Both the position numbers and the translations under genes were made by a program. A DNA stretch of 60,643 bases, filler included, from Gonapodya sp. JEL0774 (taxonomy: Eukaryota): NCBI GenBank assembly GCA_027604505.1. It is 2 parts of 2 records of this genome, joined end to end, with 100 filler letters (N's around TTAATTAATTAA, not from the genome) between each part and the next. Parts side by side here need not be neighbours in the genome. Positions count along the whole stretch, not along the records: positions 1 to 30,470 come from JADIIX010000204.1; 1 more part is not named here. The stretch is one strand, 5' to 3'. The notes below the pieces were generated by a model. It was not told the origin of the DNA. It did no database searches and saw nothing but the letters and a program-made list of their open reading frames with translations. This document shows, in pieces, positions 1 to 14,801 of this stretch. The first letter of the stretch is position 1. Each line of letters starts with the position of its first letter.

Positions 1-531
1 AGAAGATCTTGGCCCCTGGGTATCTGCGAGGACTTCGCATTTTTGGTTGCCTGCCTATCACGGCAACGCAGTACTCTAACGGACCGACCAAGTCCACCTT
101 CTTTCTTTTCGTTTCCTCGCCGACTTCGCCCTCTCCTTTTTCAGTCTCCAAACCCAGCGAGGTTTCGGGAGACGCAGTCTGCATGGCAATCTTGTGAAGT
201 ACTCGAACGAGCTCACCAGAGGAGGAGCAGCATACACAGCCGAAGCCAAACTAAAGGAGAAGAACAGAACGCTTTTCATCCAGCAGAAACGGAAATGGAT
301 GCTGCAATATTCAAGATGATCAATCCACCCCACCTCATAAATTTCATCAACCTGGGCCTGTACGGATGGCGTGAGTCCTCCCTCAATCTCATTCTCCACC
401 AATCCAAAAGAGCTCGCGAACTCGTTTTCGATGATGGCCACATTCAAAGCCGCAGATGGTAATTGCTGGTTCAGTAGCGTAGTCTTGCCAGCTCCAAGGA
501 ATCCGGAAAGGATCAACAAAGGAATTCTCAT
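1..531 (-). CDS. CobW/COG0523 (ZNG1-like) metal-chaperone GTPase, 5' portion; runs off the window start
   Basis: Walker A SGFLGAGKTT and IIENEF motif. After an intron (~252-333) the next exon reads FGFGCVCCSSSGELVRVL, containing the GCxCC motif. A further small upstream exon is possible. Confidence 0.88.
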
Positions 532-751
532 TTCTGTCAACAGCAGATGAGAACCAGCAAACTGATTTGTTTCGTAATTATAACCAGTGTGGAAGCTGCA
601 GTTTGAGCAAACCCCAAACACTGTTCAGTGCATTTTTGTTTGCAAATTACTTTATATTTCATTTACTGCACAAGATACCACCAGCTAGTAAAGCGAATCT
701 CATTACATCCGCAAAGCCCAAAACGCACTGGGCCAAGTCTGATCAATGAGA

Positions 752-3157
752 CTAGTGAGCGATCCGAAGCTGGTTCAGAAGCTCAATCGTCTTTTTCTGG
801 TACTGTGATTTGAGATCATAAGTAAACTATTAGTGCTATGTGATTTGAGAATAAAAATAAAGAACGCAAAACCTACAGTTTCATGCTTCACCCTCAGAGC
901 TGCCGCACCCTTCAATTCCGTCCTCGCAAGTTGTGCAGCGTGAGCCTCATCTGGCCCGTCGGCAAACCTCAGTGTGCGCATCCCACCGTACATATGGGCC
1001 AGCTCCGTGGATTGCGAGATGCCGAGACCTCCGTGGACCTGAATGGCCGAGTCAATGATCTCGCCGATGACATTCGGGATGGCAATCTTGGCCCTGCGAG
1101 AAAGAATAACCGTGCAAAGGGTTCGAATAGGATGGACAACCACGATGTACAGAGCCTTCAGAAGAACTCACATTGCAATCTCCCGAGAAGCGGCTTTGTA
1201 ACCTTTCCTAGTTTTCAAAACGCACAATGACACCGAAAAGGATGCGTTCACATCCTTCATTGCGGAATCCGAACATACAACTTATAAACAACTCACCTGT
1301 CCATGGCTGCTGCAGCCGCGTACACGAGGTGCTTGCACATCTCAAGCTTGATGCGGCACTGAGCGATGTCCCATTGAATCTGTAATGACATGGTACATGT
1401 GGTAAGCTTGTCATGCGAGGTCTTTCGCTATTGTTGCAAACATACCTTGCCGTGCTCGCCCTTGAGCTTTCCGAAAGGACGCTTCTTAGGGTTGGTAGCT
1501 TCGAGAAGCATAAGCTCCTACGAATTTAAGTTTGTAATGGTGGTCAGCATCATTGAGTGGTGTATTAATATCTTGAAGACGCTCCGAACTCACAATGGCC
1601 CTCTCGCCTTGTCCCAAACTCCTCATGCAGTGGTGGATGCGGCCACCTCCCAAGCGACCCTGGAGAACAGCAAAACCTTTGCCCTCTCCAAGGACCGTGT
1701 TCTCGACTGGTACCAAGACATCTTGGAAGAGAAGTTCGTCGTGACCACCGGGGGCGTGGTCGTAACCAAAGACGGAGAGATGGCGCACAACTGTGAGGCC
1801 CGGGATGGGTTTGTCCTTAGGTTTCTCAATCTGCATTTATATATTATCAAAGGGGCAATGAAGATGGTGAGCCACGTCTCTGAAGCTGCGTCTAGTGTGA
1901 GGAACCGCAAGCTTACCAAGACAACAGTGTGCTGGCCGTGGCGACCGCCTTCACCGCCACTCTTGCCGACTAGGATGAGCAGACGAGTCTCCGGGTTGGA
2001 GAAGTTTGAGATCCAGTGCTTGCGGCCTAATTGTTGTGGGAGTACCCAAAATTTACTCTGGAATCGCCAAAATCCTCCCCCTTCGTAACTCTCAAAATCC
2101 AATGCTCACCGTTAATAACCCAGTGCTTGCCATCAGCAGTCTTGGTCATGGAAGTGGAGATGTTGGTGGCATCACTGGAGGCGACATCGGGGTCGGTCTG
2201 CAGCAAATTGGGCGATGGTGAGAAGCCCGTAACCTCATAAGAAGGGATTCACTTCAGTCTCACCATGACGAACGCACTGCGGATCTGTGTTTCCAAGAAA
2301 TGAGAAGAGTATCGTCGATATTTTGTTGTCTTGTTTCACGGTCCCCAATCTGAGTCGACGTTCTCCTAACCCACCTCAGCGTTCATGAGGGGCTTCAGCC
2401 ACTTCTCTTTTTGAGCCGGGGTACCAAACATTGCCAAGACTTCCATGTTGCCGGTGTCTGCAGAGCGACATGTGATCGGCAAGTTGTAAGGTCCGTCGAA
2501 GACGGCAAAAACAAAAAGTCAAGTGAGCCCGGAGAACCGCTCACCTGGTGCAGCGCAGTTGGTAGCGATGGACGCGAGTGAGGACCTTCCGAGAACCTCG
2601 CAAATGATGGAGTACTCCATGATGGAAAGGTGGCACTTGGAGATTTCTGGGCCGTACTCCTCCTGAATTTGCCACAGCAAAAGTGCAATATAGTTACCCA
2701 ATATTTAAGATTTAGGGGGACGGAGGAAGTAACATGAAGAAAGCAGGGAGGATTGGCATCATATTCGGAATCACAGTCACTTGTACACTCACCGTCAAAA
2801 ACATGTTCCAGAGGCCAAGAGCCCTCGCCTTCTTCTGCAAGTCCTTGACGATTGGCGGGATGGCGCTCCACCGGTCGGGTGCGGCGTGCATCTGGGCTTC
2901 GTATACACCTTCGGCGGGAATGCACTCATTCTAATGTTGGGACCGTAAAGAATCCGTCGAATAAGGCACGAGAGGACACGACGTCAAGGTGAGAAAGAGG
3001 TTAAAACCGGGTGATGTCCCACTGAAAGGGGACTCCGCTCAGAATGTTCCGAATGCGCGGGAGCAAAACACACCTCAACAAAATCCTTGGCGAGATGGTA
3101 GAGCTTCTTAGCGTGGTCCCGCATGGGGAGAATGTCGACTGCGGAAACCTGAGACAT
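752..3157 (-). CDS. Acyl-CoA dehydrogenase (ACAD10/11-like), multi-exon
   Basis: Exon fragments [27 protein letters not shown]...[24 protein letters not shown] and [12 protein letters not shown]...[13 protein letters not shown]. Last exon reads [16 protein letters not shown]. Confidence 0.93.
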
Positions 3158-4366
3158 TGGAACTAAGGAGATTGCAAATTTGGTGGTGAAGCAATGTGCC
3201 TTCTTGAACAGCACCGGAAACGGAATGGCAAAGCCGACCGAGTGCCCGACCCGTGAGTAACCAACAGTCCTAAAATTAAAATTGCTCTTGAATTGAGCTA
3301 AGCAATGTACGTTCGAATCATACTTTATAATATTTCGCAGGAGCCGATGAACGCATTTGGGAAATGGAGGGATACTCCCCCAGGCTCCACTTGCTCAGAT
3401 GCTCCACATGGACACAGACGACAACACAAAGACGGAGTTCTGGAAAGCTGGTGGCTCGTTGAATGGAATTTCTTCAAATGCTGATCTAAAACATACAGGT
3501 TTTCAATGTTCGAAGTTTACAGATGCACCCTGAGTGTTGAGTGTGGGCCCTGTCGTGCATCTTCGTGTCAGCGCCTGCACAAAATATTTGTATGACCCGA
3601 TTCAATGACCTCGTTCGATTGACAGCACTAATTACCTGCAAGTGAATACCTGATGCGCAGACAATTCGCATGAGTTCACAGAACGGCATATGATTTGGCG
3701 GAGCGAAGAAGAAGTGGTGATGCTATCTGATGTATTCCCACCAGGCGGCACGACTACCCAGTTTTGATTTTGGAAGAGAATGGTGTTAAAATCTTGTCTG
3801 TGTCGCTGCTTTTGTCCCCTGTTTTCGAGCATTTTCGCTTCATATCAGTTATCAGTTTGATCACAATCAAGTGAGTCGGCTTACAGATCGGCTATATGAA
3901 ACCTATCACGTTCAGGTTGAGTATCAGCTAATATTAAGGAATCATGATTAAATACTGACCTCGTCGCCTTCGCGAGCCTGGAACGATAAATCAAGGTCGT
4001 ACAAATTCATTTCAAAGTCCCGTACATGATGATTCCTTGCTAGTGCCATTTTTCTTACCTTGAACAGTCTTATTATCGTGCGGGACCAGGTGTGATGCAC
4101 CAAGAGATCGCAGTACTTACTGATAAGGCAAGTCCGCGGGATCCTCAACTCCATCCCGGTCCCCTTCCAACCGGAGAATCTTCACAGTAACACTGCTGCA
4201 GCCCGCCTTTCCTTCCCCCATCTTTCTTTTTCCTCCTTTCGCATCAGGAGACGGAAAATCTCCCTCCGAAACCACGAATTCTGCTGGGAAGCATCGTTTC
4301 AGCCACCCAACAATATATCCCCTCCCCTACCTATTACGACTCCCCCACCTTCACCCCAGATCCCCG

Positions 4367-7185
4367 ATGGCTATTGAACATCTCCCAATGAATTCAGGAC
4401 TGCCTGGAAGCGGAAATTTCCCCCTTGCTAAGCGCGTTCAATATTTTGGGTTGGCTCTCGTTCTCGGTGTTTTTGTGAGCCTCATGGAGTTCCAGACCGT
4501 TGATGCCGCGGGGAAGCATGGATCTCTGAAAGAGAGACAAACTGTCACATGCGATACTATTCATGCTGCTTACTTGGCGGGACAGACTATCTCTGCTGCC
4601 TGGTATGAAGATTGGACCCTCTGGTATGTGGCAAGTACTTGGGGGCAGGGTATCCTTTCTCGAACTTCATCTCTTCTTCACGGCACTTAATCTAGGAAAT
4701 GTTCGACCTGTGAGTGAGAGAAGTCGCTCCCTTGTCATCTTGTGAAATTGAATTCGGTTTCCAGGGTACCCTGATGGCATTGGTAGTGGAAGTGGGACAA
4801 CAAGATCATGTGACACGATTTACGCAGCCAAACAAGCCGGCGTCGTCATGACTACGCAAGATTTTAGTGATTGGGCTGCGTGGTATGTACTTTTCGTTTG
4901 TCACTGCTTGTTTCGTGCCATCCAAAAGCGGCACTTACATATATATATAAATATTGAAATGTGTGACCCGTTCTCGCTTTCCATTTTTGGTGAACGATGG
5001 AACTCTCTTGCAGGTCGTGCTCCACGTGTAAGTGACAATCGATTTTTGATCGTCATATCAGTACTAATCTTGTGTTCTCTAAAGGGTATCCTGCCGGAAT
5101 CGGCTCCCCGAATGTCGCCACCACCACGAAGAGGACCAGCACAGCCCCCCGATCTACCACAGTTAGCAAAACGACAACTCGTGTCGCCATTTCCACCACC
5201 AATACTCGCACTTCGAGCACAACCACCTTCGCACAGAAACCAACAACCTCAACTGCCTCAAGCACCCAAACGCGAAGCACGACCACTACGGCGCAAGTGG
5301 TGACCTCAACCCGTTCATCCACCACAATTGCTATACCCTCTACAAGCACGCTTGTTGCCTCCACAAGCACTCCCGCGCCCTCCACGAGCACTCTTCTGCC
5401 CTCCACGAGCACGCTTGTGCTTGTTACTACGAGTTCCGCAACTGCCACGGTAATTCCCGTACTGACCTCGTCAAGCACAGCTCCACTAACCAGCACAGTA
5501 ACTACGGCGGCACCGAGAAGCACGTCAACCGTCGCTCTCTTGACAACCACGTCCGTCTCCAAAACAAAATCCACAACCTTGAGCACGTCCACAACCATTA
5601 AACGAACTTGCGACACGTGAGCAGGCTAACATTGCAAACAAAGAAACTGAGGCTAAATATTTATGGCGTTTAATTATTGCATCACGACAGCATTTACGCG
5701 GCCAAACAGGCGGGTATTCCTATGACATCGCAGGACTACAGTGATTGGGCTGCATGGTGCGTCGCCGTTGTGATCATTACGGTCAAGAGATGCTCACTCT
5801 CCTCTCTTTGTGCAGGCTTTGTAACACTTGGTTCCCTGCTGGCATTGGCTCACCTGGTACAACCACTCTTGCAACGACAACCAGGTCCACCTCAAAAACA
5901 ACTTCGAAAACAGCCACTGTATCTACTTCCCCAGTAACGCCCTCCACAACAATTTCGGCTTCCACTACATCCTCGCTAACTCGCGTCACTACAACCAACA
6001 CGCCAACGACAATTCGCAGCGCTACCCAAACGAAGACCCGCTCAACCACCACTCGAGTCGCTTCAGCCGGACCCCCCTTGAACTACATCAAATGTGACGG
6101 ATCTTGGAACTGCAGCCCGGTACTCAGCTCGATGGTATTAAAAGATGGAGGCTTCAACTTCAATTCTCAGCCTATCACAAGCACCGGGGCGTACAGTATG
6201 CAAGTGGATGGTGGCTCGGGGATTATCTTGTTGAACCCTGCCGGAACCGGGCATGAGATCTTTTATCTCAAAAATCGTGTTCTCTGGTTTACCATGGACG
6301 TCTCCAAGGTCCCATGTGGATACAACGCCGCATTTTATTTCTCTCAAATGCCTGTCAACGCCGCCCCAGGGACAGTACGTTATATGCGGCAATACAAAAC
6401 CTTCGTACTTCTTTCGCATTCACTAATATGCCTTTTTTTAACCAATGGATTGGTGATGCGTAGGGCTATTGTGATGCCCAAGGTACTTGCATGGAATATG
6501 ACGCTCAAGAAGCGAATTTGGGAGGAATTTCACACGCCAGTCACTCGTGCACAAAGACTGATGGCACAGGTGCTTGCGACCCGTGGGGTTGTGGTGCGAA
6601 GTCACGTCTGACATTGTGGGACAGTGTTGGCGTGGGCAAGTACATCGATACCTTGAAACCTATCACCGTGGCAACCGAGTTCGTAACAGACAATGGACAG
6701 GACTCTGGGACGCTCATTGCAATCAAGCAATCTTGGATTCAAAACGGCAAAATCTATAGCCTTCCTGTGGTAAGCTCCACCGTTCGGCAGCGTGCAGGAT
6801 CGGGCAATTCTCATGCATTTTCAGGTTGATGAAGCAACATGTGCCCCGAGCAATCCGACGTACTGGAGTTCCACCGGTGGTCTACCCATGATGTCGAAGT
6901 AAGAATACTACAGCATTCCTGTCGGTGGTCATCATTTCATATTTTAACAATAACATTATTCTTTTTAACCTTCACTCCAGGGCAATGGACATCGGTATGA
7001 CTCTACTTATCACCTTTTGGGGGTCTGGGGGCGGCAGTATGAGCTGGCTGGATCAATATCCCAACAACGTGGATTGTAATAGTGCCACCGCAGGGCTGAC
7101 CAGGGTTCTGTGGAGCAACATTGCCCTTACGCCGGGCCCTGTGTCGCTATCGACCGCTTCAACTGTAGCGGGCTACTTTGTCTAG
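4367..7185 (+). CDS. Secreted modular GH7-like glycoside hydrolase: hydrophobic N-terminal signal, three Cys/Trp modules, Ser/Thr linkers, shortened GH7 domain
   Basis: FTMDVSKVPCGYNAAFYFSQM, spliced GTGYCDAQ, catalytic ExDxxE (EYDAQEAN), CDPWGCG, IDTLKPITVATEF and FWGSGGGSMSWLD all match GH7 motifs. Confidence 0.85.
4547..5855 (+). repeat. Three copies of a ~38-aa module CDTIxAA..AG......Y/F.DW..WxCxTW(Y/F)PxGIGS
   Basis: Spliced translations: TCDTIHAAYLAGQTISAAWYEDWTLWKCSTWYPDGIGS; SCDTIYAAKQAGVVMTTQDFSDWAAWSCSTWYPAGIGS; TCDTIYAAKQAGIPMTSQDYSDWAAWLCNTWFPAGIGS. Confidence 0.9.
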
Positions 7186-8429
7186 GCGCAAGGTAAGCCT
7201 TGAACAGGACTGCTGTTTGTGGTTCCTCGAGGGGGATGGTGGGAGATATTTATACATCACATTCGCTCCCAGGAAACGCGCGACAAGAACTTCTTAAACA
7301 ACAAACTAATTTACTACTACAGAGACAAGCGCAGCAGAACTATGCGTAGTATAATTTAGTAATATATAGTCTTGATTGCAAGCGAATATGAGAAGCCAAG
7401 TTATAGATCGAACGGACTTCATTCGTGACTGCTGACTCGTGTTTGTTGCCGTTGGTGTGTTTCTATGGATTACTTGGATGGTGTCACGCAAATTTGCAAG
7501 GCAGAGCGTTTAAAGTCTTCAGGCTAGAGTGAGTTGGAACGCCTCCCCCCGCACAATGTTTTTGGGTCACACTTACGTCAAGATTTCCTGACAATTTGAA
7601 TACGAAAAGCGATTGATTTACGAGGTTCAATTTTCTACCATATTCACACGTAACATTTTTAAATTGCTGTTGCTTTCTAGGCCTAATCTTTGGTTTGTCA
7701 CATGCCTCTTTGGTCTTCTCTCTTTTCAGTAGATGTGAACGGGCTTTGGGCATGTTTTGTGGTGACTGTTGGGAGGCAAAGATATGGATGAATTGTGCCA
7801 CTGTCTGTGTTGGTTCCTCGGCCCGAATCGCAACAGCGAAAGGCCGCGTTCGTGTTTGTGAGCGGAATCACGGAACACGTCACTGTGAAAAGCTTGCAAT
7901 ATCCGAAGGAGTGGGAGTGGGACAGTGCGGTATCAGTATCCAGGTAAGGGTTGGGGAGTGCGTGGTTCAGATTCATTTAGAGGGCGCTAGGGACGGCACG
8001 CGACGAAGATGATTTAAGACGGGCACGAGGCGAGAACCATTATGGAGGCGTGGAAGATCTGGCAGCAGAATGGTGTGAATGGGTTGAAGCGAATGTGACA
8101 AGGTGCGAAGAGTTTGGGAATTGGATTTGCTTGAGTTCAGAATGATTGGAGCCAGTCAACAGACAGATCCACGTAGAGCAATTTGAATGAAGGCATTGGG
8201 TACGTAGAGGAGGATCGATAGGAGGGATGCTTCTCCAACCTCGCGGAGGTACCCTGTCACTGTTCAAGAGGCAGGCATTTCGTCAGTTTGAGCCTCCAGC
8301 TCATCATTCGCATCGAGCTGCACGCTGACTCTTTTTATATTCTCGTTGCCTGCCCCACGTGAACACTTTTGCTGGACTTTACTGTGTTCTTCATGGGGTT
8401 CCGATATCCGTGACCATGCAGCCACCGAG

Positions 8430-11118
<2,689 letters not shown>

Positions 11119-11893
11119 ACAAAGTGGTCAGGATAAAGGAGCAATTTTGTTGATTTGCTGAACAAATCGGGCACAAACTCGCAATTGCCACTTAATTTGT
11201 TGGCGGGGGGCGGGAAGTTTTTGGTGATTGGCAGGCTCGGCTGGGGTGGTCATCCATTTTTTGACATGCTGCGGAGTGGGGTATGACTAGATAGGCAATG
11301 ACTTCAGCACGCAGCCTATTTACATTTTCATCATGCGGGCCGTGTGCCTTTCGAAGCGGCTGTGATCACCTAGTTCCACACCAATTATTTCGGGACTCTG
11401 TCCCTCTGCTCTGACCCATTGATGTTCTCTTAGATGACGCAAAATGAATCCTTCATTTATTAGCAATCATGTGTTGATTGCTCGTTGTGACCAACCAAAC
11501 CAAGATTAATTACGCATTATGTATACCGGCGGACCCATCCCATAATTCACCCTCTATTACTCTGAACTAATAGGAGCTGCCAGCACCGTGTTCAGAACCT
11601 CAATTTTCAGTTGGCATTCCTGGACAGTTTGGCATTGATGCCTTTGGTTTTATCGTAAACAAGTCCCAAAACTCCGCCAGTATGAGGCAGACTACAAGCT
11701 TACATGAAAGAAAACTTGAGTCGCTGAAATGGGATGAGACGATTGACTGACCATCTTTGGTCATATGTTCAAAAGGGAAAACCCCTTCCCCCGCATTGAG
11801 GCGTTGGCCCCTCGCTTGCTCTCTCCGCCTTCCGCCACCCCAACTGATCACTCGGAGATTTCGAGACGGATATATATTACCCCGCAACCCTGA

Positions 11894-13298
11894 ATGAACT
11901 GGGCCAGCATAACAAAGCAGAGCGAGGCTGACGCTGTGAGAGCCAAGCTTGACGATTTTTTCTTCAGCGAGGCGTGGAGCGCTCTTGCTCGGAGCATAGG
12001 CTCCCACAACGGAAGTGAAGAGCAACCTCCAACAACGAAGATCGCAAATCTTCTTATCGAGGTTAGTTTCTCGATGCTCTATACTAGATTGTGGTCTGTT
12101 AGGGGGAAACTGAACCCGTTCCGTGAATCACTGTCCTTCTCAAAGGAAGTGGTCCGCCTTCGAAATCTGCTGGAATCTCGCACAAAGAAGCTCTCCCAGC
12201 TTATAGAAGAGACTTCCAGTGATTTGGCGGTTCTGGTGAGATCAAAGCGATGTCGTTTGCACCCATTATAACCACCGCTCAATAACGCGTGGGTAGACCT
12301 CCCCGTTCCATTTACGAGAAGACACCCTCTACTCTGTGCGACAGTCCGTTGAGAAACATGTCGCCCACCTTCAAACTTTGCTCAAGAAGAATGCTGGGCC
12401 CATCGTTCGTCCCAACATTGAGTCTTCCGGCAGTACCAGCTATCGGCTACCTAATCAGGGTAGCGATTCTTCTCTTGAAGCTACATTGAGGACAACTTTG
12501 AAACCTTCTCAATGGAAGTCAGTCTGCGAAATGATCTCGTTGAGCGAGTGGCAAGACATCTCCAGCGGGACTTTTAGCAAGATCCTCAGACCTTCCACCT
12601 CCCCAGATCAGATCTACGTGTCTTTGGCTGCCCTTCTCCGCCTTGACAAACTTCTCCAGCAGTTTCAGCTGCTTAGTAGATACGTTGCCGGGGAGATTCT
12701 TTTCGCAGCTCGCCGATTATCAGCCTTGTCTCCCTCCGCTCCTAAACACACCACGCTCCTAACCACCGTTCGACATATACTCGCTATGCCAACCTCTCTA
12801 TACTGTCTCTTGCATGCTACTCTCTCCTCTCTCCTCCCCGATGCCGACGCACTCCACTGTCCAATATGCCTTGATCCTTTCCACCAGCCTATCACACTAA
12901 GATGCAGTCACACATTTTGTCGGCACTGTCTAACCACATACCACAAGATAGCATCTTCAGGCTCGTCGGATTTAGCGTTCTGGCTCCACTATCAGAACTG
13001 CGTAACTGGTGAACCGCAGCCGTGCCCCCTCTGTCGTAAACCGTTTCGAATGACTTCAGACTTTTGGGCTCGACCTAACACGGCTCTGGGCAATTTTGCT
13101 GAGGTGTATTATCCTCGAGAAGTCAGAGCAAAAATTTCCTGGGAGCGGACAGAGGAAAGGACAAGGAGGCGGAGGGCGAAATGGGAGAGAGTAAAGTGGG
13201 AGACCTCTTGGTGGGTTGAGGGTTTGTACACTGAAGTCAAGGAGAAGGTTGCAAGAGTCAAAGTGACAGTGCTGAGGCAAGAGATTCTCACAGTTTAA
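11894..13298 (+). CDS. C3HC4 RING-finger E3 ligase resembling fungal SPX-RING proteins; N-terminal domain divergent
   Basis: CPICLDPFHQPITLRCSHTFCRHC...CPLCR followed by NFAEVYYPREVRAK; helical N-terminal exons. Confidence 0.75.
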
Positions 13299-14801
13299 AT
13301 CCGGACGGGTACTTTTGCAGACAATGCAACATCAACCAACAAGAGAGGGCAATGGTTGCAAATGTTGAAGAGCAATTTAAGGACTTTCGAGAACATTCGC
13401 AATGAGAAGCTGTACCTTGGTGCATACCCAGTTAGACTATATAGAACTATTGACTTCTCTGCGTTGCATTGTTCTCCTGCTTCACAAGAAACCACAAGTT
13501 CCCGTTTATACCACAGTGGCAAAAGACCTAGTTAAAGAAGAAAGCCGATTTCCTCTGGACTGATTCCCCTGACCCAGCCTAATACAAGTTTATTGCGATA
13601 AGATACATAGCAATCATAGCCTTCTTCGATTGTGATCACAAATGATGATATTTGTACCTTGTAACATTTTACCGGCATTGAATCCATGTTTGCGAATAAT
13701 ACAGCACCACCCTAATGCCCATATTTCCCAGCGACTCCTCGAGAACAGGAGAGCACATGCCGACGAGTTGTAAGAGCTTCGCGTTGTTCTTTCCAAGCAT
13801 TAAAAGGTAATCCGTCGTGTGGTTAGAACGAGACGGCGCCCAGTTAACCTCGAGTTAATCAGATTGTCTGGCTCGTGTTGTCTGGTTATTGCCGGAATCC
13901 AGAGTTGAGTAAACAGCACAGAGATTTTTAGGGTGAAAGATGCGACATCACATCTTGCCAGAATGGTGAAGTTCCTATAACATAAACCACTAAGGCAAGG
14001 ACGAGGGATGGAGGAGAGGAATGTGCATGTACGGAGGACTGGTTACATTTTGAGGTCACACGCTCACTCATTCTGCAAAGAACTCGCTCAGACCACGAGA
14101 TAATCGTGGGCTAAATGAATCTCCGCAGTCTGTGCGGTACCAATCTGGAGCTCGCTGATCCCGTGTCGCATATTGATACACCTCCCCAGCCAGATTCTCG
14201 GAGAAGTTTCGCTCCCATCCAGTGCGAAAAACGGAACCCGCCGTCAATCCCAATGGTGTGATGATATGACAGGATCTGAAAGCTCACTACAATAATGGAT
14301 TGCCTGAGTTCGTCCGCCGATATGTTTCATTGGAAGTTGGATACATCCGTCCACCATCGCCCATCACCACATGAGATACGTTCCATGATCACTTAATGAT
14401 CCGCGAGGTCCGTTTCTGCGCCTGTGATCCACCGCGTCACAGTTACAGTTCCGTGAAGACAACAGGAAGTTTTCATGTACATAAACAGAGAGGAGGACGG
14501 GGAGGGGGGGGAAGGGGGGAAGTCATAGCACCAAGCAACAAGATGCACGAAGACCTAGCGATAGACAATGAAGTTTTGTTGTGACGGAAGGGGGTTGAAG
14601 CTCGAAAAATATGTATTTTGGGACGCCCGCTGACTCCCAAGATCCAGAAAGCTCCACTCACAACCACAAACAACAGACAACGAGACCTAATTTAATTGTG
14701 TACCCTGCTGAACGACATCTGGACATACTTCTTTTGAATCCGTTTTGTCGAGCCAAGCCCAGCACGCCAAGCCGGCGACGGATTATGTAAAGGAGGATTT
14801 A

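Noticed and set aside
1390..2088. 232-aa plus-strand ORF
   Set aside because: Antisense to acyl-CoA dehydrogenase exons, with no independent motifs.
5053..6052. Val-rich minus-strand ORFs (187 aa and 89 aa)
   Set aside because: Antisense shadows of the Thr/Ser-rich GH7 linkers.
14258..14279. GTGATGA...CTGA box pair
   Set aside because: Only ~11 nt apart, too short for a snoRNA.
13300..14700. Possible minus-strand gene between the RING gene and MON2 (includes a GAKLLRESGWGG G-patch-like string)
   Set aside because: No consistent spliced frame or family could be built; left unannotated.
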